From positions 1 through 64,000 of the forward strand of contig CAZETU010000004.1 of the NCBI GenBank assembly GCA_964514585.1: a stretch of DNA of 64,000 nt. The letters are read 5' to 3'. Below the pieces are notes generated by a model that did not search any database, was not told where the DNA came from, and saw nothing but the letters and a program-made list of their open reading frames with translations. This document shows, piece by piece, positions 19,074 to 29,059 of the stretch (position 1 is the stretch's first letter; each line of letters opens with the position of its first letter). Made by a program: the position numbers and the translations under genes. This DNA comes from Candidatus Woesearchaeota archaeon. Lineage in GTDB: Archaea; Nanobdellota; Nanobdellia; Pacearchaeales; GW2011-AR1.

Positions 19074-19331
19074 CTAATTAGAAGAAACTTTTCTAGAAAC
19101 TTTTCTCTTCGAAATAAAATAAATCGCCCACAACGTCGCAACAACAACCGGAGGATATAACATGAAACTTATTATCGCACGATTAATAGTAGCCCCACTA
19201 ACAAGCCTATAAATTCCAAGTGAAAAAATAAAAACACACCCTATAGTTACTAAAAAAATAATAAACCACAATTCTCCATCGCCACCAGAGCTCAATCTTT
19301 CGTCACGCAACTTTTTCATAATAAAACCCAT
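19074..19331 (-). CDS. Hypothetical small membrane protein
   Basis: Two hydrophobic segments; own TATA-like box. Confidence 0.6.
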   Translation of the reverse strand: MGFIMKKLRDERLSSGGDGELWFIIFLVTIGCVFIFSLGIYRLVSGATINRAIISFMLYPPVVVATLWAIYFISKRKVSRKVSSN

Positions 19332-19365
19332 ACTTCAAAACTTATAAAATCTTCCAAACAAAAAA

Positions 19366-20265
19366 CTAAATACCATTCTCACAAGAATAAACGCCATCTA
19401 TCAGATTTGAATTAGAAGGTATAATATATTCAATTTCATACTTCTTACAAATAGCCTCAACCAAAGCCGAGCAAACCCTCGCCCCATGCATCCACTTCGG
19501 AGATTCTGGCATCATACTCTCTAATTCTTGAAACTTAATCTTCGAGAAAATTTCCTCATTCTTCATAGCAAAATCAGCAAAACCTATAACACTCGGATGA
19601 GCAACATCATCAAAAAAAACATTTTTCACCAACGGATAATTCGCAAGTTGCATATAATTCAACTCTCCCCCAGTATAAAACGCCTTCAAAACTTTATTAT
19701 CCAACTCCGGAAGTTCACCCTCAACAAAATCAACAATAACTTTTTTATCAATAGAAGAAATCTCATCATTAACACCCAAAAACTTCTTCAACAAAACGCC
19801 AACTCCAATATCTACATTCTTCTTTTCAATAGACTCACCATTACGCGCAACAACAAATTCAGTAGACCCACCTCCCACATTTATCAAAAGCACAGACTCA
19901 TCTAAATCAAATTTCCCAAGCAAAGCTTTCTCTAAATAAAAATTCTCCATCTCATGAGAAATCACATTAAAAGACAACCCAGTTTTTTCATAAATCTTCT
20001 TCCCCAGTCTTTTACTAGCTTCAGAACTCAACTTTCTAAAAACAGCAGTAGCATATATAGAAACAGAAAACCCAGAATAGGTCTCCTTTAATTCCTGCAA
20101 AAATTTAATCAACATTTCTTCATTTTTCAAACTTATTCCCTCATCAGAAAAACCTTCATTAAAAAAAATCGACTCTATCTTCTCAAGAGAAAGTATCCCA
20201 TCCGATGAGACATACACCTTAATCGTAGAGGATCCCACATCAATCAAAACCTTTTTATCATCCAT
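19366..20265 (-). CDS. Ppx/GppA-like ASKHA phosphatase (catalytic domains only)
   Basis: LIDVGSSTIK, ATAVFR, SHEME, LINVGGGSTEF; start placed at MDDKK. Confidence 0.75.
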   Translation of the reverse strand: MDDKKVLIDVGSSTIKVYVSSDGILSLEKIESIFFNEGFSDEGISLKNEEMLIKFLQELKETYSGFSVSIYATAVFRKLSSEASKRLGKKIYEKTGLSFNVISHEMENFYLEKALLGKFDLDESVLLINVGGGSTEFVVARNGESIEKKNVDIGVGVLLKKFLGVNDEISSIDKKVIVDFVEGELPELDNKVLKAFYTGGELNYMQLANYPLVKNVFFDDVAHPSVIGFADFAMKNEEIFSKIKFQELESMMPESPKWMHGARVCSALVEAICKKYEIEYIIPSNSNLIDGVYSCENGI

Positions 20266-20295
20266 AAAAAACAAACACATCCAATACTTATAAAA

Positions 20296-21198
20296 TTATT
20301 CAACCAACGGCAACTTCATCGCCAAAATCAAGTGAGTCAAGTCCGTCACGCTCTCAGAAATCTCAAAAAAATACCTCGACAACCTAGAATCCCCTTTTAT
20401 CTTCCCAGCAACACCCCTAACCTTTCTCCTAATTTCATAACTTCTATCAATCTCCATAGAATCAAATCTATAAAACAAATCAAAAGAATATTCCAACATC
20501 TCCAGGCACAAATCCGCAAGCTTCCTCAATTCAGCACTCTTCCTCGGACCCTCTTTAATGTTCATCCTCCACAACCTCAAAATGTTATCCCCAATCCGCT
20601 CCAACTCAAAAGAATAAGTAAACAACGCCCGACCATAAACCGCATCCGCGTAACTCATCTTATTAATCGACCTCTGCAAATATAGACACAACTTATTAAT
20701 TTCCTTATCCCTCAAATTAAGATCGCACTCCTTCTCTTTTTCTTCGCCAAAAATATCAGCAATGGCAGATTCAAAAAACAAAATCACCGCTTGAAAAACC
20801 CTCTTAAAAACCTCATCCAAATCACTCAACGGATTACCCCCAATATCTTTTATCAGATACTTATCTCCGTCCTTATCCACAAGAACATACCCAATCAAAG
20901 TATTAAGCGCATTCACAAGCAAAGTTGAAATATCCTTCTCACTTGTAATCTCAATTTCATCAACTCCAACAGCATAAAGAGAATTCAAATGCAAAAACAC
21001 ATTCTTAAAATAAAACCCAGACATATCCACTTTAGCCCGCTTCTTCTTGGTTCCACCCAAATTAGAAACAATCAAACTCTTACCATCCTCAATCACATCG
21101 ACCTCTTTCTTCTCGTCAATATCATTTTCCCGGACCCATTTGATCGGCAAAGTCAAAGTATACGCACTCCCCGCCTGTTTAATCACCTTTCTTTTCAT
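20296..21198 (-). CDS. AbrB-PhoU type phosphate uptake regulator
   Basis: N-terminal RKVIKQAGSAYTLTLPIKWV AbrB domain; PhoU-like LERIGD. Confidence 0.85.
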   Translation of the reverse strand: MKRKVIKQAGSAYTLTLPIKWVRENDIDEKKEVDVIEDGKSLIVSNLGGTKKKRAKVDMSGFYFKNVFLHLNSLYAVGVDEIEITSEKDISTLLVNALNTLIGYVLVDKDGDKYLIKDIGGNPLSDLDEVFKRVFQAVILFFESAIADIFGEEKEKECDLNLRDKEINKLCLYLQRSINKMSYADAVYGRALFTYSFELERIGDNILRLWRMNIKEGPRKSAELRKLADLCLEMLEYSFDLFYRFDSMEIDRSYEIRRKVRGVAGKIKGDSRLSRYFFEISESVTDLTHLILAMKLPLVE

Positions 21199-21265
21199 TT
21201 TATATTATATTATTTATATAAATAATATCGGAAATATATAAGTCTTTCTATGACTAAATACTATT

Positions 21266-21517
21266 ATGACAGACGAAAAAAGATACCTTAAAGGAGAAGA
21301 AATTTTGTATAGCGAAGATAATATGGTTCTTCGAGTAAAAATAATAGAAAATAAATCAACGATCAACCAAGTAGCATATAGACTTGAAATCGTAAAAAAT
21401 CTAGTACCACATTACATTTTCGGAAAACTAAAAGTTGGAGGACAGTTTGAATTTTCTAAATTCAGAAGCTCGCCTGGATGCGGAAATTTAAGACAAATTA
21501 TAGAAGATGGAAACTAA
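21266..21517 (+). CDS. Hypothetical protein
   Basis: 83-aa ORF overlapping the start of the PHP gene. Confidence 0.55.
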   Translation: MTDEKRYLKGEEILYSEDNMVLRVKIIENKSTINQVAYRLEIVKNLVPHYIFGKLKVGGQFEFSKFRSSPGCGNLRQIIEDGN

Positions 21518-22358
21518 ATATATCGACCTCCACACCCACACTTGTAATTACTCCGACGGAGATTTAACTCCAAAAGCAATAGCAAAACAGGCGGCACTAA
21601 ACGGATTAGACATCTTCGCAATCAGCGACCATGACAACTACAGAGCATTCTTCGACGCAAAAAACACAGCCGACGCCTATGGAATAATACTCCTACCAGG
21701 AACAGAATTCACAACTCCCGATTACCACCTCCTCGCCCTGAACTACGATCCCACAGACAAAGCATTCCAAGAATTCACAGACCACTCAAGAGCCCTCCAA
21801 AGAAACGACTGCGAAAGACGAGTAGAAATCCTAAGAAACGACGACGTCCCAATAACAATGGGACAAATTGACAAAGAATACCCACTAGCCCGCCTAGGAA
21901 AAGGAAACCTAATACAAACCCTTTTCATGAACCCCACATGCAAAGAATACATCAGCGCAAGACACCCAAACGAACCAACAAGACAAATCATCAACTACTA
22001 CTTCGGGGAAACCGGGATCGCAAGCAACCTAGACCCACGACACGGCGTCACTCCGGCAGAAGCAATTCATGCAACCCACAAAGCAGGAGGAGCCATTGGA
22101 ATCGCCCACCCCCAAAAAGACGTCGACACTATTGCCGAACTTGAAATCCTAATCGACCAAGGAATCGACTTCATAGAAATCCAACCAGACTTCAAAGAAA
22201 AATACGACTACTCAAAATTCGAAACATACGCCAACGACCACGACATCCCAATATCATACGGTTCAGATTACCACGGCCCATCTATGAAACGAAACATGTT
22301 AAGCAGAGGAGAAAACGTCTTAACAAAAGGACTAGCCAACCTTCTCAAAGTAGCCTAA
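21507..22358 (+). CDS. PHP-domain metal-dependent phosphoesterase/nuclease (TrpH/YciV-like)
   Basis: DLHTHT..SDG, SDHD, GTEF, YHLL, AHP, GSDYHG. Confidence 0.9.
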   Translation: METKYIDLHTHTCNYSDGDLTPKAIAKQAALNGLDIFAISDHDNYRAFFDAKNTADAYGIILLPGTEFTTPDYHLLALNYDPTDKAFQEFTDHSRALQRNDCERRVEILRNDDVPITMGQIDKEYPLARLGKGNLIQTLFMNPTCKEYISARHPNEPTRQIINYYFGETGIASNLDPRHGVTPAEAIHATHKAGGAIGIAHPQKDVDTIAELEILIDQGIDFIEIQPDFKEKYDYSKFETYANDHDIPISYGSDYHGPSMKRNMLSRGENVLTKGLANLLKVA

Positions 22359-22392
22359 TAATATTTATATACGACTCTTCCCTCTACCAACA

Positions 22393-25257
22393 ATGACATA
22401 TGTGAAGAAGATAGTGATGCACGGATTCAAATCTTTCGCCAGAAAAACCGAAATTCCACTAGAAAACGCAATGAATGTAATCGTCGGACCAAACGGCTCA
22501 GGAAAATCAAACATCACAGACGCACTCTGCTTCGTTCTAGGAAGACTTTCAATTAAATCAATCCGAGCAGCAAAGGCAGCGAACCTTCTTTTCTCAGGAA
22601 ACCAGACATACAAGGGTTCCAATGAAGCTTCAGTAGAATTAATCTTCGACAACTCTGACAAAACTTTCGGAGTCGACGCAAGCGAAGTAACCATTAAAAG
22701 AATCGTAAGAAAAAACGGACAATCAATCTATAAAATCAACGGCCAAACAAAAACAAGACAAGATTTACTAGAGCTACTTTCCCAAGGCGGAATCGACCCA
22801 AATGGATTCAACATCGTCCTTCAAGGCGAAATCCAATCTCTAGTCAAAGCAACATCAGAAGAAAGAAGAAAAATAATCGAAGAAGTCGCAGGAATTTCAA
22901 TTTACGAAACAAGAAAACACAAATCCTTAAGAGAGCTAGAAAAAACCGAAGAGAAATTAAAAGAAATCTCCGCCGTTCTAAAAGAAAGAGTATCTTATTT
23001 AAAAAATCTGGATAAAGAAAGACAAGAAGCAATATCATACCAAAAACTTGAAAAAACAATAAAAAAATGCAAAGCAACACTTCTCTCAAGAAGCATGAAC
23101 GAAAAAGAAATTGAAATTTCAAAACTCAATAAAGCAATTGAAGAATTCGAAATAGAAATAGAAAAACTAAGAAAATTAATCTATGAAAAAAACGAAGGCG
23201 TAGATAAGCTCCAAGACAAAATAGTCGTAGTTAACAAACAAATCCAATCTTCAACTAGCGAAGAACAAGAAATACTACACAGAGAAATATCAGACCTAAA
23301 GGCAGATCTTGCAGGATTAAATGTCAGACGAGAAAACTTCGAGAACAGAATTATTCAAGGAAAAGAAAAAATAGATGAGCACAAAGAAAAAATCGAAAAT
23401 CTAAACTTAGAAATATCAAAAATCCAAACCAGCAGCCCAGAGATTAAAAAACAACAAGAACAACAAAAAATCTTACAAGACAAATTCGACATCCTCGAAC
23501 AACAAAGAAGAAAATTTTACATGTTAAAATCAGAACTCTCAACCCTAGAAAACCAAAAATTCGAAAAAGAAAAAACATTAATCGAATCGAAAAAAGAAGT
23601 TCAACTTATCGAACAAAACATAACCTCGCTATTTCACGAAATCAAATATGCCAAATCAGTAGAAAAAGTCAAAGAGCTGAAAAAAGAATCTGAAAAAGAG
23701 ATTGACGAAATTCAAAATAAGATCGCCAAATTAGAAGAAGAAATTTTAGAAAAGGAAAAACGCGTAGCCATTCTTGGACAAGATGTCAAAAGAGAAGAAA
23801 AATTAAAAGATGACATTACAAAATTAGACAAATGCCCAGTCTGCAAACAAGATGTTAAAAACGAATACAAAGACGATATTTCCATAAACGCCAATATAAA
23901 AATAGACGCAGCCAAAATCGAAATCGAACAAAGCATGAAAACCAGAGAAGAAAACGCGAAGAAAATCGCTTTACTAAAACAGTCCCGTTCATCCCTAAGA
24001 ACAAAAATAAACGAATTAGATATCGACCAATTCAAACTGCAAAACTCAGAAGAGAAAAAGAAGCAAATTCAAAAAATAACACTTATGCAAGAAGAATCCC
24101 AAAAAGAACTCGTAAAAATTAATGAGAAAAATCATTCAATACGAGAAGAATTTGAAAAACTAAAAGACATCGAAGAAAAATACGACGACACAAGATTAAA
24201 ACTGCAAGAACTAAGCTTCGCAGATATGGACGTCGACACAGAAATAACAGTCAAACAAAGAGAAGTAAGTAGATTAAGTATGGAACTAAAATCCTCAACA
24301 AGAGATATAGAAGATTCAACAGTAGAACTCAAAAAAATAGAAGTCCTAATTATTGAAAAAGACAAATTAGTTGGCAAAAAAGAAATTGAAGAACAAAAGC
24401 TATATGAAAAATTCCAAAAATTCTTCGAAGAAAGAAACGAAATCCAAGACCAACAAAAAGTCTTAGAAACCGACGTCGTAGGAATGCAACATACAGCAAG
24501 AAATTTCGAAGACAAAATAAACCACAACAAAATCCAAAGAGCCCAATACAAAGCTCAAATAGATTCCATCAAATCAGAACTAACAGAATTTGGCTCTATA
24601 GAAATACTAAGTATACCAATAGATCAAATCAAAGAAAGACTCCAAAAATCTCAATTCAAAATATCAAGATTAGGAAACGTAAATCTAAGAGCCCTAGAAG
24701 TTTTCGACAAGGTTGGAGAACAAGTAAAACTAATACAAGAAAAAGTTACAATAATCATACAAGAAAAAGAAAAAATTGAAACCATTATAGCAGAAATTGA
24801 CAAGAAAAAGAAAAAGTCTTTCTTAGGAACACTAGAAGCTGTTAACGAATACTTCACAAGAAATTTCAAACAGCTATCCAGAAAAGGCGAAGTCTTCCTA
24901 GAACTAGAAAACAAAAAAGAACCCTTCGACGGAGGGCTAAACATTTTAATCAAAGTCTCCCGTGGAAAATACTTCGACATCACAAGCCTATCAGGCGGAG
25001 AAAAAACAATGGTAGCCCTAGCCCTAATCTTCGCGATACAAGAATACAAACCATACTGCTTCTACGTCTTCGACGAAATCGACGCCGCCCTAGACAAACA
25101 CAACTCAGAACTCCTAGCAGCCCTAATCAAAAAATACATGACAACCGGCCAATACATCGTAGTAACCCACAACGACACTCTAATCTCAGAAGCCACAAAT
25201 ATCTACGGAGTATCCATGCAAGAAAATATCTCTAAAATAATTAGCTTGAAACTTTAA
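22393..25257 (+). CDS. smc: Smc-type ATPase lacking the hinge, with a central CPVC zinc-hook motif
   Basis: GPNGSGKSN, DALCFVLG, GNVNLRA, LSGGEK, FDEIDAALD, VVTHN; 954 aa; CPVC at residue 481. Confidence 0.85.
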   Translation: MTYVKKIVMHGFKSFARKTEIPLENAMNVIVGPNGSGKSNITDALCFVLGRLSIKSIRAAKAANLLFSGNQTYKGSNEASVELIFDNSDKTFGVDASEVTIKRIVRKNGQSIYKINGQTKTRQDLLELLSQGGIDPNGFNIVLQGEIQSLVKATSEERRKIIEEVAGISIYETRKHKSLRELEKTEEKLKEISAVLKERVSYLKNLDKERQEAISYQKLEKTIKKCKATLLSRSMNEKEIEISKLNKAIEEFEIEIEKLRKLIYEKNEGVDKLQDKIVVVNKQIQSSTSEEQEILHREISDLKADLAGLNVRRENFENRIIQGKEKIDEHKEKIENLNLEISKIQTSSPEIKKQQEQQKILQDKFDILEQQRRKFYMLKSELSTLENQKFEKEKTLIESKKEVQLIEQNITSLFHEIKYAKSVEKVKELKKESEKEIDEIQNKIAKLEEEILEKEKRVAILGQDVKREEKLKDDITKLDKCPVCKQDVKNEYKDDISINANIKIDAAKIEIEQSMKTREENAKKIALLKQSRSSLRTKINELDIDQFKLQNSEEKKKQIQKITLMQEESQKELVKINEKNHSIREEFEKLKDIEEKYDDTRLKLQELSFADMDVDTEITVKQREVSRLSMELKSSTRDIEDSTVELKKIEVLIIEKDKLVGKKEIEEQKLYEKFQKFFEERNEIQDQQKVLETDVVGMQHTARNFEDKINHNKIQRAQYKAQIDSIKSELTEFGSIEILSIPIDQIKERLQKSQFKISRLGNVNLRALEVFDKVGEQVKLIQEKVTIIIQEKEKIETIIAEIDKKKKKSFLGTLEAVNEYFTRNFKQLSRKGEVFLELENKKEPFDGGLNILIKVSRGKYFDITSLSGGEKTMVALALIFAIQEYKPYCFYVFDEIDAALDKHNSELLAALIKKYMTTGQYIVVTHNDTLISEATNIYGVSMQENISKIISLKL

Positions 25258-26828
25258 TTACAAAAATCAACAACAAAATACTTAGCAGTTAACTTCTCAC
25301 CAGTCGCTCTCTCAACCAACTCAGACGAAGTATACTTGTTCCCAGCCTTAAAAATTTTCTCAATCAAATACTTTGAAACATCCTTGTTTCCAGAATAATC
25401 ACTATCAAAATCCCCCACATAATTCTCAACAATATAATTATGCAACTGACTCGCCATCAACTCCCCAAGCATATAATGATGATAATAAACAGGACAACTC
25501 GCCAAATGAACTTTAGAAGCCCAATCTGGCTTATCACGACTAAAATCAATCAACTGATATTTCTTAACCATGTCCCACCAAAGCTTATTCAAATCTTGAT
25601 CCGGATTCCTATACAACTCCTGCTCAAAATTAAACATAACTAGGCACCACCTACAAAAAACAATCTGTCTCACCCTCAACATCTTACTAATATCTTCTCG
25701 AACACCCTCAACATCAGCACCACAATAACTCTTAATAAAATTAGGGTTCCTTGACTTCCTCCCAAACAACAAGGCAATAGCCTCGGTAGTATATATATTA
25801 GGACTATCTCTCAAAAGAAATGAATCGGCCTCATCATAATTCTTACCATACACCGCATGCCCCAATTCATGCAAAATCGTGTCCATCCACTTTTCATTAT
25901 TTATCAAATTATTAATCGTCCTAACATCTCCCTTTCTATCCATATCAATACAACAAGCATGGGGATATTTTCCCTTACGCTCATAAAGATCACTGAACTT
26001 AATAATATCGTCAATATCAAACCCCAAACTTTCATAGTAACTCCTAGCTTTAACTAAAATATCCTCACCATAAAAAGAATCCAAATCAACATCATAAATA
26101 CTCGGTCCCTCCTGGAAATAAGGATCCTCATAATGCCACGGCCGAAGCTCACTCTTGTCAATATCATGCTTAACAGACAAATAATCATTTATCTCCCCCA
26201 TCAATTTTCTAAATGGAGCATCAGTTTTTTCCTCAAGCTCATCAAAAACCTTTTTCAACTCATCAATATTTTGTTCTTGAAATTCCAACGACATCAAATA
26301 ATAATTCTCAAAACCCAAACTCTTAGCAAGTTTATTCCTCAACTTAATAATCTCAACGATAGGACCACAACAAATCTCCCCTCTTTTCTTGCTAGCCTCC
26401 CAAGCCTCTTTTAATTTACCAGAATCTTTCTCTTTAGACAAAATTTTCTTAATATCATTATCACTAACATCCTCTCCACCAAGACTAGGACGAAAAACAT
26501 TAAACATCTTTTTCACGGCTCCTTCTTTTCTAGTAATCTCCTCCACCAAAGCTTTATCTCCAGCTGCCTCCAAACAAAGATTATATAATATTTTCAACTT
26601 ACGCTTCAACTTAGGCTCCAAACCCTCAATTTCCAAAAATTTCTTCACCTTCCCAAAATCATCAGAATTATTAAAAAAATTCTTAATCTTCAAGTCCGCC
26701 TCAGTATACGCCTCATACTTTTCATCCTCACCACTCAAAACAGCATCCCAATAAGAACAAGTCTCACCACGATACAACTCCCCATAACCTCGTTCTTTCT
26801 CATCAACAAAAGCACCAGAGTCTTCCAT
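25254..26828 (-). CDS. Gluzincin metallopeptidase (M2/M3-like)
   Basis: LHELGHA, TEAIA, KVHL..CPVYYHHY. Confidence 0.85.
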   Translation of the reverse strand: MEDSGAFVDEKERGYGELYRGETCSYWDAVLSGEDEKYEAYTEADLKIKNFFNNSDDFGKVKKFLEIEGLEPKLKRKLKILYNLCLEAAGDKALVEEITRKEGAVKKMFNVFRPSLGGEDVSDNDIKKILSKEKDSGKLKEAWEASKKRGEICCGPIVEIIKLRNKLAKSLGFENYYLMSLEFQEQNIDELKKVFDELEEKTDAPFRKLMGEINDYLSVKHDIDKSELRPWHYEDPYFQEGPSIYDVDLDSFYGEDILVKARSYYESLGFDIDDIIKFSDLYERKGKYPHACCIDMDRKGDVRTINNLINNEKWMDTILHELGHAVYGKNYDEADSFLLRDSPNIYTTEAIALLFGRKSRNPNFIKSYCGADVEGVREDISKMLRVRQIVFCRWCLVMFNFEQELYRNPDQDLNKLWWDMVKKYQLIDFSRDKPDWASKVHLASCPVYYHHYMLGELMASQLHNYIVENYVGDFDSDYSGNKDVSKYLIEKIFKAGNKYTSSELVERATGEKLTAKYFVVDFCN

Positions 26829-26898
26829 ATATAAACAAGAATAATTATAATTTATATGTCTATCCCCCTACCATAATAACTACAAAAATCTTCTAATT

Positions 26899-27381
26899 TT
26901 AAACTCTAGCCCAATATTTTTTAGCCCCATGTTTCTTTAAGAAACCATAGCCCTTGCTTGACCAATAACCAGGATTTGTAACATTAGATAAATAAATTCT
27001 TTCTTCACATCCAAGCCTCTCACCTAGAACATGCATCAAATCAAACAGCATGTCTCCACTCTTACCATCCCCTCTTTGTGCACGACGAAGTTCATACCAA
27101 CAAACACACATAGCAGGATTAGATAAACGATAAAGAAATTCAACCGAAGTACAATCAAGGGGCCAAATAGGATTGTGCTTCATCGGTACAATAAAATCTT
27201 CAACAATAATCGAATTTTCAATAACTTCAGAATCTGGCCACCATCGTTCATAAAATCCCTTATCTCGATTTCTTTCATTAACACTTATTTTAACAATTGG
27301 AGAGTGAAAATTGATTTTTAAACCAAGGAAATCTTCATTAACTCTTTCTATAATCCCTCTAATGTCTTCTATATCTCTCAT
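26899..27381 (-). CDS. Hypothetical protein, possibly a divergent GNAT acetyltransferase
   Basis: RRAQRGDGKSGDML (motif A-like) and NPGYWSSKGY (motif B-like). Confidence 0.45.
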   Translation of the reverse strand: MRDIEDIRGIIERVNEDFLGLKINFHSPIVKISVNERNRDKGFYERWWPDSEVIENSIIVEDFIVPMKHNPIWPLDCTSVEFLYRLSNPAMCVCWYELRRAQRGDGKSGDMLFDLMHVLGERLGCEERIYLSNVTNPGYWSSKGYGFLKKHGAKKYWARV

Positions 27382-27460
27382 TATAAAAAATAAAAACCAC
27401 CCCTACTTTCTCTTTCAACCTTTCTCTTTCAAATAAAAAATAAAATAAAATTTAAACTAA

Positions 27461-28660
27461 TTAATAATAACTAGTTTCTACTTCTTCCATTGGCTTTTCT
27501 TTTCGAGTAAGAAGGACAATTAAAACTGCAAGGAGTACAACAAAGATAATCACAAGGATTACTGTTAAAGCAACAACAGATGACGAGACATTAGTCCCAA
27601 CAACGTTAGCTCCGAAAACAGCTTGTTTACCGTCAACATCTACAGAGAAAGTATAAGTTCCAATTGCAGCATCATCGTCTGCAGTAACTGTTATAGAAAC
27701 TGTTTCGCTAGCATCTGGGCCAACAGTAACTACTGAAGGAGCCGATACGCTCAAAACATCTCCGGAAACAGCACTAATCTGGAAAACCTTAACATTATCT
27801 GCCGAGTTAACAATAACCAATTCATAAGTTACTGTTTCTCCTGCGTTTAAGTCCTTACTTTTTACAGCCGACAAAACCATAGTAGAAGCCGCATCATCAA
27901 TACTGATAAGCTTCTTCACAATAGTTTCAGTGTCTTCATTGTAAACCACGATTTCCATTTCATAAACACCGCTATCAGCGTTCGTTGGAATCTTCAAGTA
28001 TACAATTTCTTCATGAGAGTCTTCTTCGTGATCTTCTTCTCCGTCTTCGATAGGAATCAAGTCTCTAGCATAACCTCGAGTGGAAACACCCAAAGCTGGA
28101 ATAGAGGCAACAACGTAAACGTCGTCCATCCTATTGTAACCATTGTTCTTTATAACAATAGAAACAGGAATAACTTCTCCGCCTTGAACTTTAGAAGTAT
28201 AGTCAACAGATAAGATTTCAAGAGTATATGATTCTCTCTGCATCTTAACAGTATAGTCAACTTCAGATCTATCGTTCTTAGAAACAACTTCAACATAAAG
28301 AGTATATTCTTCAGATAAGTCGTTAGCGTCAGAAGGAAGTCTCAAAGATAAAAGCTTAGTATATGTTGTACCATCTTCGATATCGAATCTAGTAGTAGAA
28401 GCCGAAACATCGTCCCGGTGACCTTCCATATATACCTTAACTTTAACGTCACTCATGTCTTTACTCGCGTCGAAAATAACCTTAACGGGGACTGTACCTG
28501 AAACGTCACCAGCCATATTAGTATTTTGATTTAACCAAACTCCATTGAATTCGGTATCAATACCAGTAACCAGTTCGTCAGCAGAGGCAAAGCCTACAAC
28601 CATCAAAGTTAAAACTGCAATAAAAGCAACCAAAAGCACATTTCTTTTCATATTTTTCAT
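27461..28660 (-). CDS. Putative S-layer/cell-surface protein with Ig-like (CARDB-like) domains
   Basis: Signal peptide, beta-rich acidic body, C-terminal TM and short tail; codon usage distinct from neighbours; start placed at MKNMKR. Confidence 0.7.
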   Translation of the reverse strand: MKNMKRNVLLVAFIAVLTLMVVGFASADELVTGIDTEFNGVWLNQNTNMAGDVSGTVPVKVIFDASKDMSDVKVKVYMEGHRDDVSASTTRFDIEDGTTYTKLLSLRLPSDANDLSEEYTLYVEVVSKNDRSEVDYTVKMQRESYTLEILSVDYTSKVQGGEVIPVSIVIKNNGYNRMDDVYVVASIPALGVSTRGYARDLIPIEDGEEDHEEDSHEEIVYLKIPTNADSGVYEMEIVVYNEDTETIVKKLISIDDAASTMVLSAVKSKDLNAGETVTYELVIVNSADNVKVFQISAVSGDVLSVSAPSVVTVGPDASETVSITVTADDDAAIGTYTFSVDVDGKQAVFGANVVGTNVSSSVVALTVILVIIFVVLLAVLIVLLTRKEKPMEEVETSYY

Positions 28661-28744
28661 TTTGAATTTAGTTAAAATTGAAACAAATGAAAAGTATATA
28701 AAGCTTACCATTGTTGTAATTCCAGAAGGACGAAAACACTTAAA

Positions 28745-28762
28745 AAGTATACTGAAGTATAC
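28745..28762. promoter_or_regulatory. Tandem AAGTATAC repeats (10-bp period) in the divergent promoter region
   Basis: AAGTATAC at 28745 and 28755; related AAGTATAT at 28692. Confidence 0.4.
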
Positions 28763-28791
28763 AATATGTCACAAAAGATAGTAATAAAAAA

Positions 28792-29058
28792 ATGGCTAAA
28801 AAAAACAACCCCGAAGGAAAGATAACAACAATAAAACTCTTAGATGAGACTAAACTTCGTATCGAGAAATTACGAGAACACAAGAGAGAATCCTACGATG
28901 ATATCCTAAGAAAAATACTATATGTTCTAAATGTAGCCAGAGAAAGCCCAGAGAAAGCAAAAAGAGTTTTAGAAAGAATTGGGGAACTTCGAAATAGAAT
29001 GCTTGAGGAAGAAAAACAGCTCAAAGAAGACCTGAAAAAAGAAAAAGAGATGGAATAA
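28792..29058 (+). CDS. Small RHH-like DNA-binding protein
   Basis: ITTIKLLDETKLRIEKLREHKRESYDDILRKIL beta-alpha-alpha pattern followed by a coiled tail. Confidence 0.65.
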   Translation: MAKKNNPEGKITTIKLLDETKLRIEKLREHKRESYDDILRKILYVLNVARESPEKAKRVLERIGELRNRMLEEEKQLKEDLKKEKEME

Positions 29059-29059
29059 A

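Noticed and set aside
22393-25257. Calling the SMC protein an ordinary Rad50/SbcC
   Set aside because: Head motifs (DALCFVLG, GNVNLRA, DEIDAALD) are Smc-type and no mre11 is adjacent; kept as a finding instead.
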